Both the position numbers and the translations under genes were made by a program. The notes under the pieces were generated by a model. The model worked only from the letters and a program-made list of their open reading frames with translations, was not told the origin of the DNA and ran no database searches. Source: Ophelia neglecta (Eukaryota). From it: a stretch of 64,000 bases of DNA. Position 1 is the first letter of the stretch. Every line of letters begins with the position of its first letter. Below are positions 1 through 12,600 of the stretch, piece by piece. The stretch spans positions 54,126,001-54,190,000 of the forward strand of contig OZ260661.1 in assembly GCA_965285935.1 (NCBI GenBank). The letters are read 5' to 3'.

Positions 1-2539
1 ACTTGTTTTGCCCCCCCCCCCTTCTCCCACGCACCGTGGCACACACACGAATACCCACACACACCCCTCCCCTTCTTAAAACTCCCCAAACGAGCCGCAG
101 CCCAAATGTATTCCTGAGAATTTACATGTGTAGATTATGCGAATTGAAGTTTAGCGGTGAGTAGTACATACGAGGAGAATCAATAAGCTGTCCTCAAGTA
201 GTGTACATGGACTGAACTTTGTTCTTAAAGAGACTGTATAAGAGTCTGGCTGAGGTGGGGGATAGTGGAGAGAAAGGTCAGTTGATGTTGAATCTACGTG
301 TCCTGAAGTCTGTCAAAAGAAAAAGGTCTGCGGAGAGAAAGGTTTGAGTCTTTGTAAGCTAGAGACATCGTGACCTGTCACGGATAACCCTGTTGGCAGC
401 GCCGACAGATCAGAATGGCAAAGAGTATAAGTGAACATGTATAGGAGTTTAAGGTTACTGTCAGTGTCTCACCTCATCAGAATCTCGTCCCACGAATTAT
501 TATTTATGTTCCTTTTAGCCCCTATACCGAAAAAGTGTACTACTGTTTGTAATAACAAATAAGTAATAATTAATAATTATTGTGGCAGACGAAGGTATTT
601 GTAGGTAGATCTACGGTCAGGCAATCACTGTGCAAGAGGCTGGAAGTAGAAAAAATGTACGAAGAGAAAGGATTGGGTGATGTTAACTTATGTTTGCTGG
701 GGATTGCCTGGAGCGGGAGGGGGAGAGACAGGTTAAGACAGGAAGAAATGAACTGAAGCTTGAGAGATAGTGAGATAGTGATGGAGAGTAGTGTTAAGTC
801 TAAGTGTGGTGGAATCTGCTTTTCCATTTAAAGCGAACGGCTAACTCGGTGAAAGAGTTTTATTCTTGAAATTGAAAAACATCCCTTTCATACTATTAAT
901 ATCAAGACTGAAAACTGACAGAGTACCTCTTTTCGGAGATAAAAAAACTACTTTTTTTACCTTCTACACAAATCCAGTTTTTAAATAAAACGACGACATT
1001 TAAGAATAGCAACCTACCGTATAGCCAATATATCCGCAAGGGGACTAAGGATTCTCTTACTTCCCATTCTGTTATTATTTGTAAAGTTAAACAAGTTTCA
1101 TTGATACCAGATCACAAGAAACGCCATTCAATAACTTAAGTCAACTTTTCGGGAAACCGAGAGAGTTTTTTGTTAACGAACTTCCGGGACTGAAGTTTTT
1201 TAGTAGAAAAAAAAAACATGTTTCAAAGTTTTGCAGCTAGACACGCGAAGTGCTAAAGCATGACCCATTTTTAGGGAAATGAAGCTAAATGTTCCGTAGA
1301 CTTAAGGAACTCGGGGGCCTGGAGGATGAGGGGTTCGTCGCGGGGGTAGTGATTATGCGTTCTCTAAAATAGTATTCTTCTACACAAGGCTATAAGATAC
1401 ATGTACATTATTTATTGTCGACCGAAAAAGGCTATCTATCAATAAAGTCAAATTTCTTTAATCGGAATTTTACAAAATACCCGAGAATCGTAATGATTGA
1501 TAGAAACTGCGTGTCAAGATAATTAATTCTATGGTTGATAAGGCTCCCTTCAACAACGCCCACATTTGTATGTTTTTTGGAGAGTCCAATTGATACAATA
1601 AGCAATGTATGTATAAATAATTATGTTTAAAAACTAAAGGCTAGTATTAAAAATTCATCAGATAATTGCATCTCGTTCGCAACAATTGTTAACCGTTTTT
1701 GCCCATTAGTTTTTTACCAATGTCAAGACAGAAAATGTCTGCTACACGTTAGGGAAATAAAATATAAGTAACTGCGTCAAAATAAACGGCCCTTCAATCA
1801 ACTTATGTTAAAGCAAACTCTTAGATGCATTCGATGGAGAAAGAGTAATACTCTTTATCCATCGAATGCAGTACAATTGATACAGTACAATCTCTTGAAA
1901 CGAAAAAATGATCATGCCATGCGTGTTTTGAACGGGAATAATTATTTATTATGCCGCCTTTAGTAAACCGTGCTAACTTACCTTCAGTAATCACAATTTT
2001 TAGGGCTAGATGAAGTACAATTGGCATAATCATAGTTAGATCGTTCACAACAATGTGTTCGTAGGAAGAAGAACAGTGTTTGCTCCTTTCAAGCTAGGGT
2101 GTGGCTCTTCGCGCATGCGCTTAAACTCAAGGAACTAACAGGTGATGGCAGAATTCAGTTAAAATTGAAATGAAACCCGACCCTTTGGTCTGACAGGTAT
2201 TGTAAAGGATTTCCTGGTGCAGTATGTGCTGCCAGATGAAACATCAAACCAGGATCTCACATTACATTGAGATTAGCTTAATGCTCTGGCATTTACAAAC
2301 TAACCAATTAAAGATTACTAGTGAAAATTAAACAACCAATAAAGGACGTCCATATTGTAAACAATAGAAATCACTGGAAATTAAGTACCATACAGGATAT
2401 CCGTGCTAAAATAGGATTGAACCGAGCAAACAGAAGCTATAGCCTATAACACCGATCTCTAAATTCCTTCCATGCACAGTGCACAGGGACCCCATTCTTT
2501 TGTCTACACGCCGGACAAAGTATTGAAAATTGCCGAAAA

Positions 2540-3290
2540 TGCTTTGATGCAAATATTGCGGTACAAGTTTTTAGAGGTTAAATAGGTTGTGAGGGACCAT
2601 ATAGGTAATTTGAGCGAAGAATTTGTTTGTGCACTAGGAGTGCGACAGGGGGAAAGTCCGTATTTTTTTGCATTTTGTATAAATGATTTGGAGTCAGAGT
2701 TGGTTAATGGCAATGGAGATGTGGGCATTACATGGGATTATTTGAAACTTTATATGTTATTGTACGCAGATGATTGTGATTTCTGAAACTCCAGATGGCC
2801 TACAGGCAGGGCTAAATTCGTTGCAGTTATATTATGACCGGTGGAAAATGGTTATAAATACTGTGAAAACTAAATTTGTAATATTTAAAAGGGTGGTTAG
2901 AGTAGAAAATATCAATTTTATTGTAACGGTGAAGTGCTTGAAATTGTTAAAAGCTTTCACTTAACTGAACTGAACTGAACTGAACTGAACTTTTATTTAA
3001 CCAAATTAATACAAATAATAACAGTGTTTAGTTTGGTTGGGAGACCTCCACTAAGTCCAAATGGACGCTACCATGAGGGCCACCCAGAAAAATTCCATAT
3101 ATAGAGCTTATTATGTATTATGGAGATGGACTAGAGCGCTGATATAATATTGAAAAAAAGGACAATGGCGAGTATCATAACAAAAGAGGAACATGCCACA
3201 ATTGGCCACAGGATGTCCAGGATACAGAGCAAGAGAGATTAAGATTATCATTATCTAGGTGTCACATTGTCGGCATCTGGTTTATGGCTG
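2540..3290 (+). mobile_element. Degenerate LINE reverse-transcriptase fragment, interrupted by a nested insertion
   Basis: GVRQGES..FAFCINDL...LLYADD, (frameshift) SETPDGLQAGLNSLQLYYDRWKMVINTVKTK..IF; YLGVTLSASGLW resumes at ~3252 after the insert. Confidence 0.8.
2964..3250 (-). mobile_element. 3' end of a second retroposon with an AATAAA + (GTTCA)n tail, inserted antisense into the RT fragment
   Basis: (ACTGA)5 at 2964-2990 followed by TTTTATTT, i.e. AATAAAA(GTTCA)n on the minus strand. It splits the RT just before YLG; TTA occurs at both junctions. Confidence 0.6.
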
Positions 3291-3692
3291 AATGGTCATG
3301 TTGTTCCAACGTTTTTAAGATATACATGTATAAAGAAACTGAAGTACAACACATGCAGTATTGCGGTAAACCAACGGCTGCAATTAGCATATTCATAATC
3401 TGAGAAAGTGACATCCAGGTGTATAGTATATAATACTATCAAAAGCTCAGGCAAAATATTGGCCGTGCTTTTACAAAATAAATAAGGCATTTAAAAGAAA
3501 ATTTCCCGCCCTTAGTGTGCAATTTTCTTAGGCCAATATGATGAAATAACAGTAAATTTCACACCTGAATTGAAGCTCTATTATAAGTGAATAAGATGCA
3601 GTAAAACGGTACATGTATGGCGCTTATTTCCATACAAAAAAAATTAATCGAGTCCTATCGAGACTTAAATGTGGGAAAACTAGGTGTAGTGA

Positions 3693-3935
3693 CAGGGGCT
3701 GATCCAGGAATTTCCAGGCGGGGGGGGGGGGGGGGGGGGGGGGCACTGCATGTGGAGGAATTGAAAAGCGCGGGGGGGGGGGGGGCACAGAAGTTAGCCT
3801 ACATACATACGTCTAGTTACCTATGTTTTGGGCGCCTGTTGGGGGTGCCCCTCCCAGCCTAGATGGGCTTGTTCAGAGTTTAAAAAAAAGTGGGGGGGGG
3901 GGGCAGGCCGAAACCCCCCCCTGGATCCGCCCCTG
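3693..3935. mobile_element. MITE with CAGGGG(C)..GATCCAGG terminal inverted repeats and a 5-bp TSD
   Basis: Starts CAGGGGCTGATCCAGG, ends CCTGGATCCGCCCCTG; AGTGA duplicated at 3688-3692 and 3936-3940. Confidence 0.85.
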
Positions 3936-5399
3936 AGTGATAGTTCCATAACCTTTCCGTCATTTGTATTCAGTTTAAATAAGATTATCGCGTTTGTTAT
4001 ATAGTGGTTCGAAACGTGAGGGCATCTGCAAGTCTGTAATGCAAAATTTATTCCGGCATACTTTATTTAGACCATGGTGTTCTTACTTTATTAGAGAATC
4101 ACAGCAATTAAAATCAAGAATAATAAAAGTAATAATAATTCGAAGTTGTTTATTGGTCCTTGGAAATACATATAAATACAAATTAATATGGACAAAAACA
4201 TAGACATACTGAAGTAACTTCGATAAAAACAGTAAATAGGATGAACAATTACAGTTTAATATGTACATCTTAAGAACAACGGGAAATGGACCTCTATGTC
4301 GGGTACATATCCGCCTATATTAACGAAATAACTTTATACCGAGAACTACTGTGAAGGTATGCAATGTGAATTATACATTAGATGAAAAGGACAGCTTACA
4401 TAGTAGTGGTACTACTTTTAAGCAAGAGGATAGTAGTTGGGAAGTCAATGCAAAAGGTATTGTTTTAAATTTCTTTGAAAAAATCACCAAACAATAAGAA
4501 GAACAAATTTTTATTTATGATGATTTAGTCTGGCCCCTTACCAACCAAAGGCACACAAGCTCCCCCACCACGACAAGGTTGCAGCTTTTGGGGGACGGCT
4601 GAAATAAAAGAAAGAAACAGAAACAAGTTAATACTACGCAATGTAAAGAAAATAACAAATAGAATAGATAAATGATTCTAAAGACCAGAAACACGTTAAA
4701 AAAAAACACGAAAAGATAAAAAAGAAAGAAAATTAAACATACATTAAAATCATAAACTGAGAGCTTTAGACAATAAAACATTTTTAACAAGTTATTTAAA
4801 AACAAATATTTGTATAATCAGTGAAACTAAATAAAACTACAAAACATTGTGCCTGTATCGGGTGAACAACCTTTCCAGCTGCTGGAAGTTTTCTGCCCAA
4901 TATTTACACACACAAAAAAACAATAAAAAATCTAGATAATAAAAACATTGCGGCTAGAAAAAAAATAAGGCAAAATTTAAAACAACTCATTTAAACCATA
5001 ATCAAGCATATACATCATTCAACTTTATTAATAAGAATTATGAATTAAAATCAAATTACAACAAAACATCGAAATTAAAAATATAGGCCTATATAATAAC
5101 ATGGCATCAAATTCATCGAGGTAACAAAGACATTGTAGCAAGATTATATCAGAAAATCAAACTAAAAATAACAAAGGGTTTGAAAAATTAAACAAGTGGC
5201 AAATATAGGATCAATAGAAAACGGAAGCAATGACAACAAAATACAGCAGCAAACAAACAGATGTGATATGTGATACATTAACTAGAATAAAAACCTTAAA
5301 TCAAATTACAACAAAACACAATAATAATCATAATAAAACCTGATTTAAAAGTTACACAAGCATTTTGCTAATGACATTAAAATATAAAAACAGATTATA

Positions 5400-5810
5400 A
5401 ACAAAGCAGTTGCATGGTGTTAATTATAGAATATCGAGAAGAAACAACAGAAATCATACTGACTTTTAACTGCAAGACTCTTGGGCGCTGTAAAGCAATA
5501 TGTAATAAAAGAAAATTTGGATGTAAGTAAATGGCAATAAATTCAAAAATATAGAAATATTAAATGAAACCAACAAAAATAAATTACATAAATGATAGAC
5601 ACTTTATTAATAACATTAAACGATAATAATTTTAAGACCAGGTCAGTTACCTATGTGTTGATTATAAATATCGACAAACAGACAATAGAACAACATACTG
5701 ACATTAATCTTGAAGAATCTGGTGATCGCTGAAATGGAATCTACAATGAAAAGAAAATGCTGTTGTTAGTAAATGACAATGAATTCTCAATAATAGTTTT
5801 TTAAACCAAA
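5400..5810. repeat. Degenerate ~240-bp tandem duplication within an A-skewed tract
   Basis: ATTATAGAATATCGAG...CATACTGAC...AAAAGAAAAT...AGTAAATGGCAATAAATTC (~5423-5545) aligns by eye with ATTATAAATATCGAC...CATACTGAC...AAAAGAAAAT...AGTAAATGACAATGAATTC (~5661-5786). Confidence 0.6.
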
Positions 5811-8800
5811 ACAACAATATTTTAAAATCAGTGATATGCTTATTATAAAATCTTGAATATTACTAGAAAACAGCTACCTACATAATAAAACTACAATCAA
5901 GCACGTGAGAGACTTGATATTTTAACTAGTAAGATGCACCGAAATCAAATAAAAATTAGCATTGAAGATAAGAACAAATATTAGCAAGTTAATTCAATAT
6001 GACAATCAAGCACATACAATTTCCAACTTAATTAATTATTAGAATTATACGTTAAAAGGAAATTAAAACACAAAATTTAAAGTTAAAAACAAATATTTAA
6101 AAATCAGGGAATAAATAAAATTACAGAATATATTAACTAGAATAAAATCCTAACATTTTTTTTAAATAGTTTCTCCCTCCTTCTTACTCTTCTTCGTTGG
6201 CCTATGAATTGGCTACTCCGATTTCGTTCACTATTCATAAGATGAATCTTGAAAATGTAAAATCCAAACGAAGAGAATAAATTTGACACCTAAATTGGGT
6301 AGATGTAATCCGATGTAACATTTTCACAATTGTATTCCAAGATGTCTGCCTTTGCAAGCTTGTTGTATATAAGCATATCTGTATAGGACGGATATGGCTT
6401 ATGTCCTGCTGGAAACTCTTTGACCACTTTCAAACCTGAACTCTACGAACAAAACCACGTGCTTATTAAGATCCCTAAATTCTATTGGCGGCTGCTGATA
6501 TCTTCCGGCAGCCAGACCAATGAGAATTAAGACACCCAGACAGAACCAAATAAGGGCAAAACTTCCGAAACCGATTAGCCTTAAAAGGACATTATTATGA
6601 CGTCCAGCAGTTCAGCGCACAATTATAGCTGGAGGGGGTAGCAGGTGTATTTTGGGAACCAAGATTGGCACAATGTTAACAGCTATAGGCCTACAATCAT
6701 TCATGTACTCTATCCATTATTGTAACTATTGTCTGTGCAACCCACAAGCAGTCATGCCTATTGTTGAAATAGACTCCTCTCTTCCTCTCTTGGTCTATTT
6801 TCAGTTTGAACTGTGCATGAAACTGAGCTTTTGTACACTGTGTATCGTGTATACATGTCTGTTGTTTGGAATAATTATTTTGCGTGAACTGTGGAGAGAC
6901 ACATATATGTCATGTGAATTGCGAAAGGAAGATTGAATTCCCTGTGATTTTTTTTTATTAGTTACGCAGTTTTATTCTCCGTGAAGGTAAACTGTGATAA
7001 CCCCCCCCCCCCCCCTCTCCCTTATTAGATTAAGATCTACCCATGGCTGTAATTTAAGGACACAACAGTAATGTATATATGACATTAATGTGTTAGCCAC
7101 AACAACTAATAGTGTCACCAGCAGTAAACTCACAACTACTAGGCGCTGAACAGAAAGTCAATGCAGGCGTACTACGTACATAACAGCTTTACTGTCAATA
7201 CAGTTCACGTGCATGAGGTCGCCGGAAGTGATCTGGTGTATGCTGTAAACAGCAAAATCCGTTTCGACATAAGTCACATAATTACTATGCTGTTACATCA
7301 TTACCAATTTTGATGTCGGAAAAATAAATCCACTTTATTGCCCTCGATCGTATGTGATAAACGATTTCTACTTCATTAGAAAAATTTTGTCATGGCATAA
7401 ATTCATTAATAATGATATGATATGAAAGATTTGGTCCTTGACAATTATAAAAAGTACCTTTAAATTATTAATCGAACCTACTCAGTTAACATCGAGAGCG
7501 TCCAATCTCCGCGATGCTCTAGTGTGGGTCGTGGACTTTTCCAATTTATATGGCTGATATTGCCAAAGTAAATAATTAAAAACCGAAACTTATTTCATTT
7601 GCCTGTGATTTTTACTGCATGTATTGCTGGAAATCATTCAGTAATCTCACTTGTACTCACAATAATAAGACTATAGTTTATATTATTGTTGAAATAAATA
7701 ATCTTCTTCTTCGGCATTAAAAACCGACCAAATAAAATATAGCCTCGGAAAAGGAATGCAAAACTATGGTGAAATGACCTTTGGGGCTCAAGGTCAAGTT
7801 GTCTCCCTCGACGAAAGCTCTCAGTATCTTCGTGTGCGGGTAGACTCCGCCACAGCCACCTCAGTCAATTTTTTTCGTTTTATTATACCTTCTACTACGC
7901 AAATATACAATATATTACATATGTATATGGACAATATTTAAACGTAGTAATTGGTATATAAAACGAGCCTTTGGAATACTGTTGAAGGAAATTGAAAAAA
8001 GGTTAATAGATGAACTTTGTCTCGTTGCTCTACACCTTGCCTGTGCGTGTCTTATTTACTTCGCGGAGGCTTGGGGAAATACAACTGAACAATTTAATGT
8101 TTAACCAAATGATTAAATGTCAGCCAATCACTGCTATTTTTATGTACTAAAACCCTAAATAATGACATCAGGTGATATCTACCATTACTGGGTAATAATC
8201 ATGTAATAGTAACATATGGTATAATTCTCTGTTTACAAATTATGAAAAAAAACCTCCTCTTTATTTTAAAATGTTGCTTTTTTATTTTTTAACAAACATC
8301 GTGTTTAAAAAGAAAAGGCTCTGTCCATTCATTAGATTGCATATGGATTGTATGTTAGACCTAACCAATGTGTACCTTGTTAAATATATAAGTATACCTT
8401 ACTTTAAGGAAAATACCACTGCATATTTTTGCCATTATAAAATATCAGATTTTTTAATTTGTGTAATCAAAGGACAGTGTCCAAATGCAGTTCATTTTTC
8501 TGATATACAGTGAAATTGTGATAAATGATGAATGATATAATAATTTAACACGAATAATGAGTAGTGTAAAATATAGACTCAGATGTCTTGACAGAGAACC
8601 TCGACCATCCATTCCGCCCGCAAGGTCATCCGATTAGTTTCGTATTTACGCACTATTAACAAAGTATATGTATGTATACAAAATCTCTCGTTAACCAACT
8701 TAAATTCACATAGGCTACTCGACAATGTACACTTTTCATAAACTAAGACTATTTATGTCGTCATATCAAAGACTGGCTTAAATTAATATTAGCAATTCAA

Positions 8801-9521
8801 TATTAAAGTTGTAAAACTAATCTACTTCATATTTTCCTCATAAAATATACAGGATTTATAAACAACTTGAACGCCTTACATGCCAGGTAATCGAAATGTA
8901 CTAATATCAAGTGTTCTTAATGATGAGCAAAAATCAGACCGTACAAAAAATTCACATTGCTACTTTAAGGTAAACAAAGCGTATAAAACGCATTATCTTG
9001 TTGGTAGATAACCTCACCAGTTTATTTGAAATGAAGCACTTATGTAGATTATGATTTATTTGTTTGAACACCACAAGAATGTTCTCACTGTGAAATTGAA
9101 AGCGCTGGTATTATCAAACAGGCTATAAATATTTATAATCAAATGACTGCCGGTTTAAACGACTCATTTTACATTTAGTTACAAGCTTTTTAACTCATAA
9201 ACAAAGTTGTAAACAATAATAATGGCAGCTTTACAGGAGGACAAATTTAAAGTAGTAGCAAATCTCAAGATGAATGCTTCCTAAACGACCTCTTCTGATA
9301 GAAATAAATGTTAATACATTATTTTTTTTCTTGTTTCTATTTCATGTTCCTCGTTCTCTACTTATATTCCATTTGTGCCAGTAAACTCGCATTAACATTA
9401 TGATAACATGCTACGGAATACATGCGTATCAATATATATAATCACATTGCCAGAGCTGGCATGCTGCTCCTGTCAATGCAGGCCAAATTGAGCATAATGA
9501 GGAGCTATTCCATACTTCAAT

Positions 9522-9533
9522 TCTCTCTCTCTC

Positions 9534-9587
<54 letters not shown>

Positions 9588-9616
9588 ACTCACTCACTCA
9601 CTCACTCACTCACTCT
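9522..9616. repeat. Compound microsatellite (CT)n(CTCA)n in the gene A 3' UTR
   Basis: Directly visible; begins ~35 nt downstream of the gene A stop codon. Confidence 0.95.
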
Positions 9617-9649
9617 TAAAATATACATATACAGTAGATTCTGCCTGAT

Positions 9650-12600
9650 TTAGTCTATGACCACCGTGGTTATTATCTTGGTGTTGGGTTCGACCACCGA
9701 GTCGTAGTTGAAAGGATTGTACGGGTCATTGCCAGATGCAAGAGGAGCTTGAGTTTCATTTTCGGTGTTCTCTTCGACTGGAGATTCCTCGGCTGGAGCT
9801 TCTTCGGCAGGGGCCTCATCGGGAGGAGCCTCTTCCGCCGGGGTTCCCTCGCCTGTGGCCTCAGTCGTGTCTCCCTGCTCACCCTCAGCGGTCTCGGTCG
9901 CGTCGGGCTGGTAGCCGGACACCGAGACATTGTCCTCAGGCGCGTTGGGTGCTTGAGTTTCTTCCATCTGGGGGTAGGTGTGATACACGATGGGCTCAGC
10001 CCCCTCCTCAAGGCTCTCCTCTGGCAGAATGTTTGAGTTTCCCCGCAGGGTGTCGTCTGTATTAACCTGGGTGAAAGCAGGACCCGTGTCTTGGTTCTTC
10101 ATCGGCTTACTGTACAAATCCTCCACATCCGGCGAAGTAGCCGCCACCGGGATCACTCCGTTGTGAACTGCCGGGTCATCTAATAAATATACTACTATTA
10201 AATATTGCCTAATTTTGGAGGTTTCCGATTACTTCTCTTCTTAATTCATTTGTCAGATTATCAGAGATTGTATTTTATTACAAGTTCGAACGAAACAAAA
10301 CTAGCTTATTTTTCTCACCCGATTCTAACACTGGATTGACATGGAGCTCGGCCGTGCTGTCTTCTGAATGTGAACTGGGCGGCCGGGGATTCTCAGCATC
10401 ATGTAGTAAAGCGTCTCTACAGGTGACCGGTCGAGGAGAACATATCATTACAGCATGCATTCAATTTCTCTCAAAAACAGGTCAAATATTGTACTTTACG
10501 CACAAGTGTATCGAGTTTGCAACTCTTCCGTTTGTACAGGTTCTGTTTTCTAACAATAATCAATATGGCTATAGTTATATAAGCTTCCTGATCAAAAATA
10601 TAAACCAAGTTGTCATTTATATAAATCAGCTATAGCTAGGACGTTTGTTCGCCTCAGAACTACAAGTATGCCTACAAAGAATTTAGAAATGGACATGCCT
10701 GTTATCTGCTGTGCCAGATACTATGACATTGTCAAACTTACGCGCCAGGCACTGACTTTCTTCGGATCAGGAACACGATAAGGATGACAGCAGTCACCAA
10801 CAGAAGAAGAACCATGGCAGATGAAACTGCGATCACCCAGGCTGAAAATAGATTAGACACTCCACTTTAAATATGTAAGTTCATTCTCTTTCGGATGTGC
10901 AAAAAAATCGAAATTCTTAGCAGGCTCTTATAACAATGCGATCAAATCTGACCTGCAACTAATGCAGCTTGAGTAAGGCCTTCAGTGGTGCCCTCTGTCG
11001 CCACTCCCGGTGTTACATTGTTAGTGATTGGTGATTGTGATTGTTCAGTTTCTGTAGCTGGTCTAGTTGAGGTGACAAATCCACCTGATACCCTCGTCTG
11101 CTCAGTTGTTAATGCCGTCACTGGGGGCTGTGTGGCAATATCTTTTGTAGTTGAGGTACCAGTATATAATTCGTCAGTTATAGCAACTGTGCTACCTGTA
11201 TAAACAGCTTCCGTTTCCCGGCTCCCCGTGGACTTGACTTCATTCGCTCCAGTTCCAGGGCTTTGAGTTTCTGTAGTTTTTTCAGTGCCCAATGATGTGG
11301 TTCCCGTTAACGGTGTTACCGTGCCTGTACTTCCGAAATCACTTGTTATGCTACCTTCACTTACACTGGTTCCCGTACCCGGTAGTACAGTGCCTGTACC
11401 TTCTGAATCACTTGTAATACTTCCATCACTTACACTGGTTCCCGTACCCGGTAGTACAGTGCCTGTACCTTCTAGACCACTTGTAATACTTCCTTCAATT
11501 ACACTGGTTCCAGCAGACGGTATCATAGTGGTTGTACCCTCTGAAACACTTGTATTACTTCCATCTCCTTCACTGGTTCCCGAAGATGGTATCATAGTGG
11601 CTGTACCCTCTGAACCACTTGTACTACTTCCTTCACTTACACTGGGTTCCACTGAGACAGTACCTGTACGTAGAGTTGTACAATGCGTTTCATATATCTA
11701 TGTATCACATACATTGTTCAGAGGTGGGGCTCAAATTGCAAAATTGAGGATCAGTTCCTAGTCACTGGGTATGAAAATTCTTACTAGGGTACAGGCAATG
11801 TTAACTGTACTAAATGTTAAAGTGACAATGCTTCAAAAGTATATAAGTCAAACAAACTAATCTTTTTACACCTTTCTGTTTTACCATTTTATCACTTTTT
11901 TCATATGTTTAAATCTTGTTGAAATTGCATGACTTCAGTAGCGACCAGTTCCTTTGCTATTGTAACTTTACTAACTCTGATAATAGTGTGTATCTTTAAA
12001 AACGTGCATTGTAGAAGTTAATAAATATGTGATTTGATTTGAGTAAAATTAAAGTACCGGACACGGCAGTTTCCGTAGGTACTGCACTGGAAGGAGACAT
12101 CGCTGCGGAGGTCTCTAATGGTGTACTTGAGGTGCCATCCACCGAGGTGGGCAGTGTGGGCTCCGTTGCTGTTCCGGTGCTAACCACACCGCCATCAGTG
12201 GATAGAACTGTAGGCTCTGATGTTGTCCCAGACTCTACTGTGGCAGTGCCAGGAGACCCAGTAGTTGACATTTCGGTTGAAGCAGGCGATTCTGTCAAAA
12301 CAAAATACACTAAACAATAAATAAACAAGTAATGTTGCTTAACTCGGCCAACTATATATAGGCAAGCCACTTATATTATTGCACCAAGCGCTTTTCATAA
12401 TACCGTAACTCGAATAAGAAAGCAGGTTAGGCCCATAACAAAATCATGTGTATCTAGCTCACTTTTCGATAAATAACCATTTAATACGGTAACTTCATGT
12501 TAATATGTAAGCCAAACAGCCACTCTATCTATCGAATAATGCTTATGTATACTTAGTCACCAACTCAAAGCAATTGCAAGCAAAACGTCGTGCACTAAAT

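Noticed and set aside
150-830. GA-rich segment with an 85-aa minus-strand ORF, possibly a retroelement remnant
   Set aside because: No diagnostic RT or endonuclease motif visible.
9673-10065. Overlapping alternative-frame ORFs in the last exon of gene A
   Set aside because: By-products of GC-rich, repetitive coding sequence; no splice or domain support.
11299-11643. Regularly spaced repeats resembling a CRISPR array
   Set aside because: No unique spacers; an in-frame 69-nt coding minisatellite in a eukaryotic exon.
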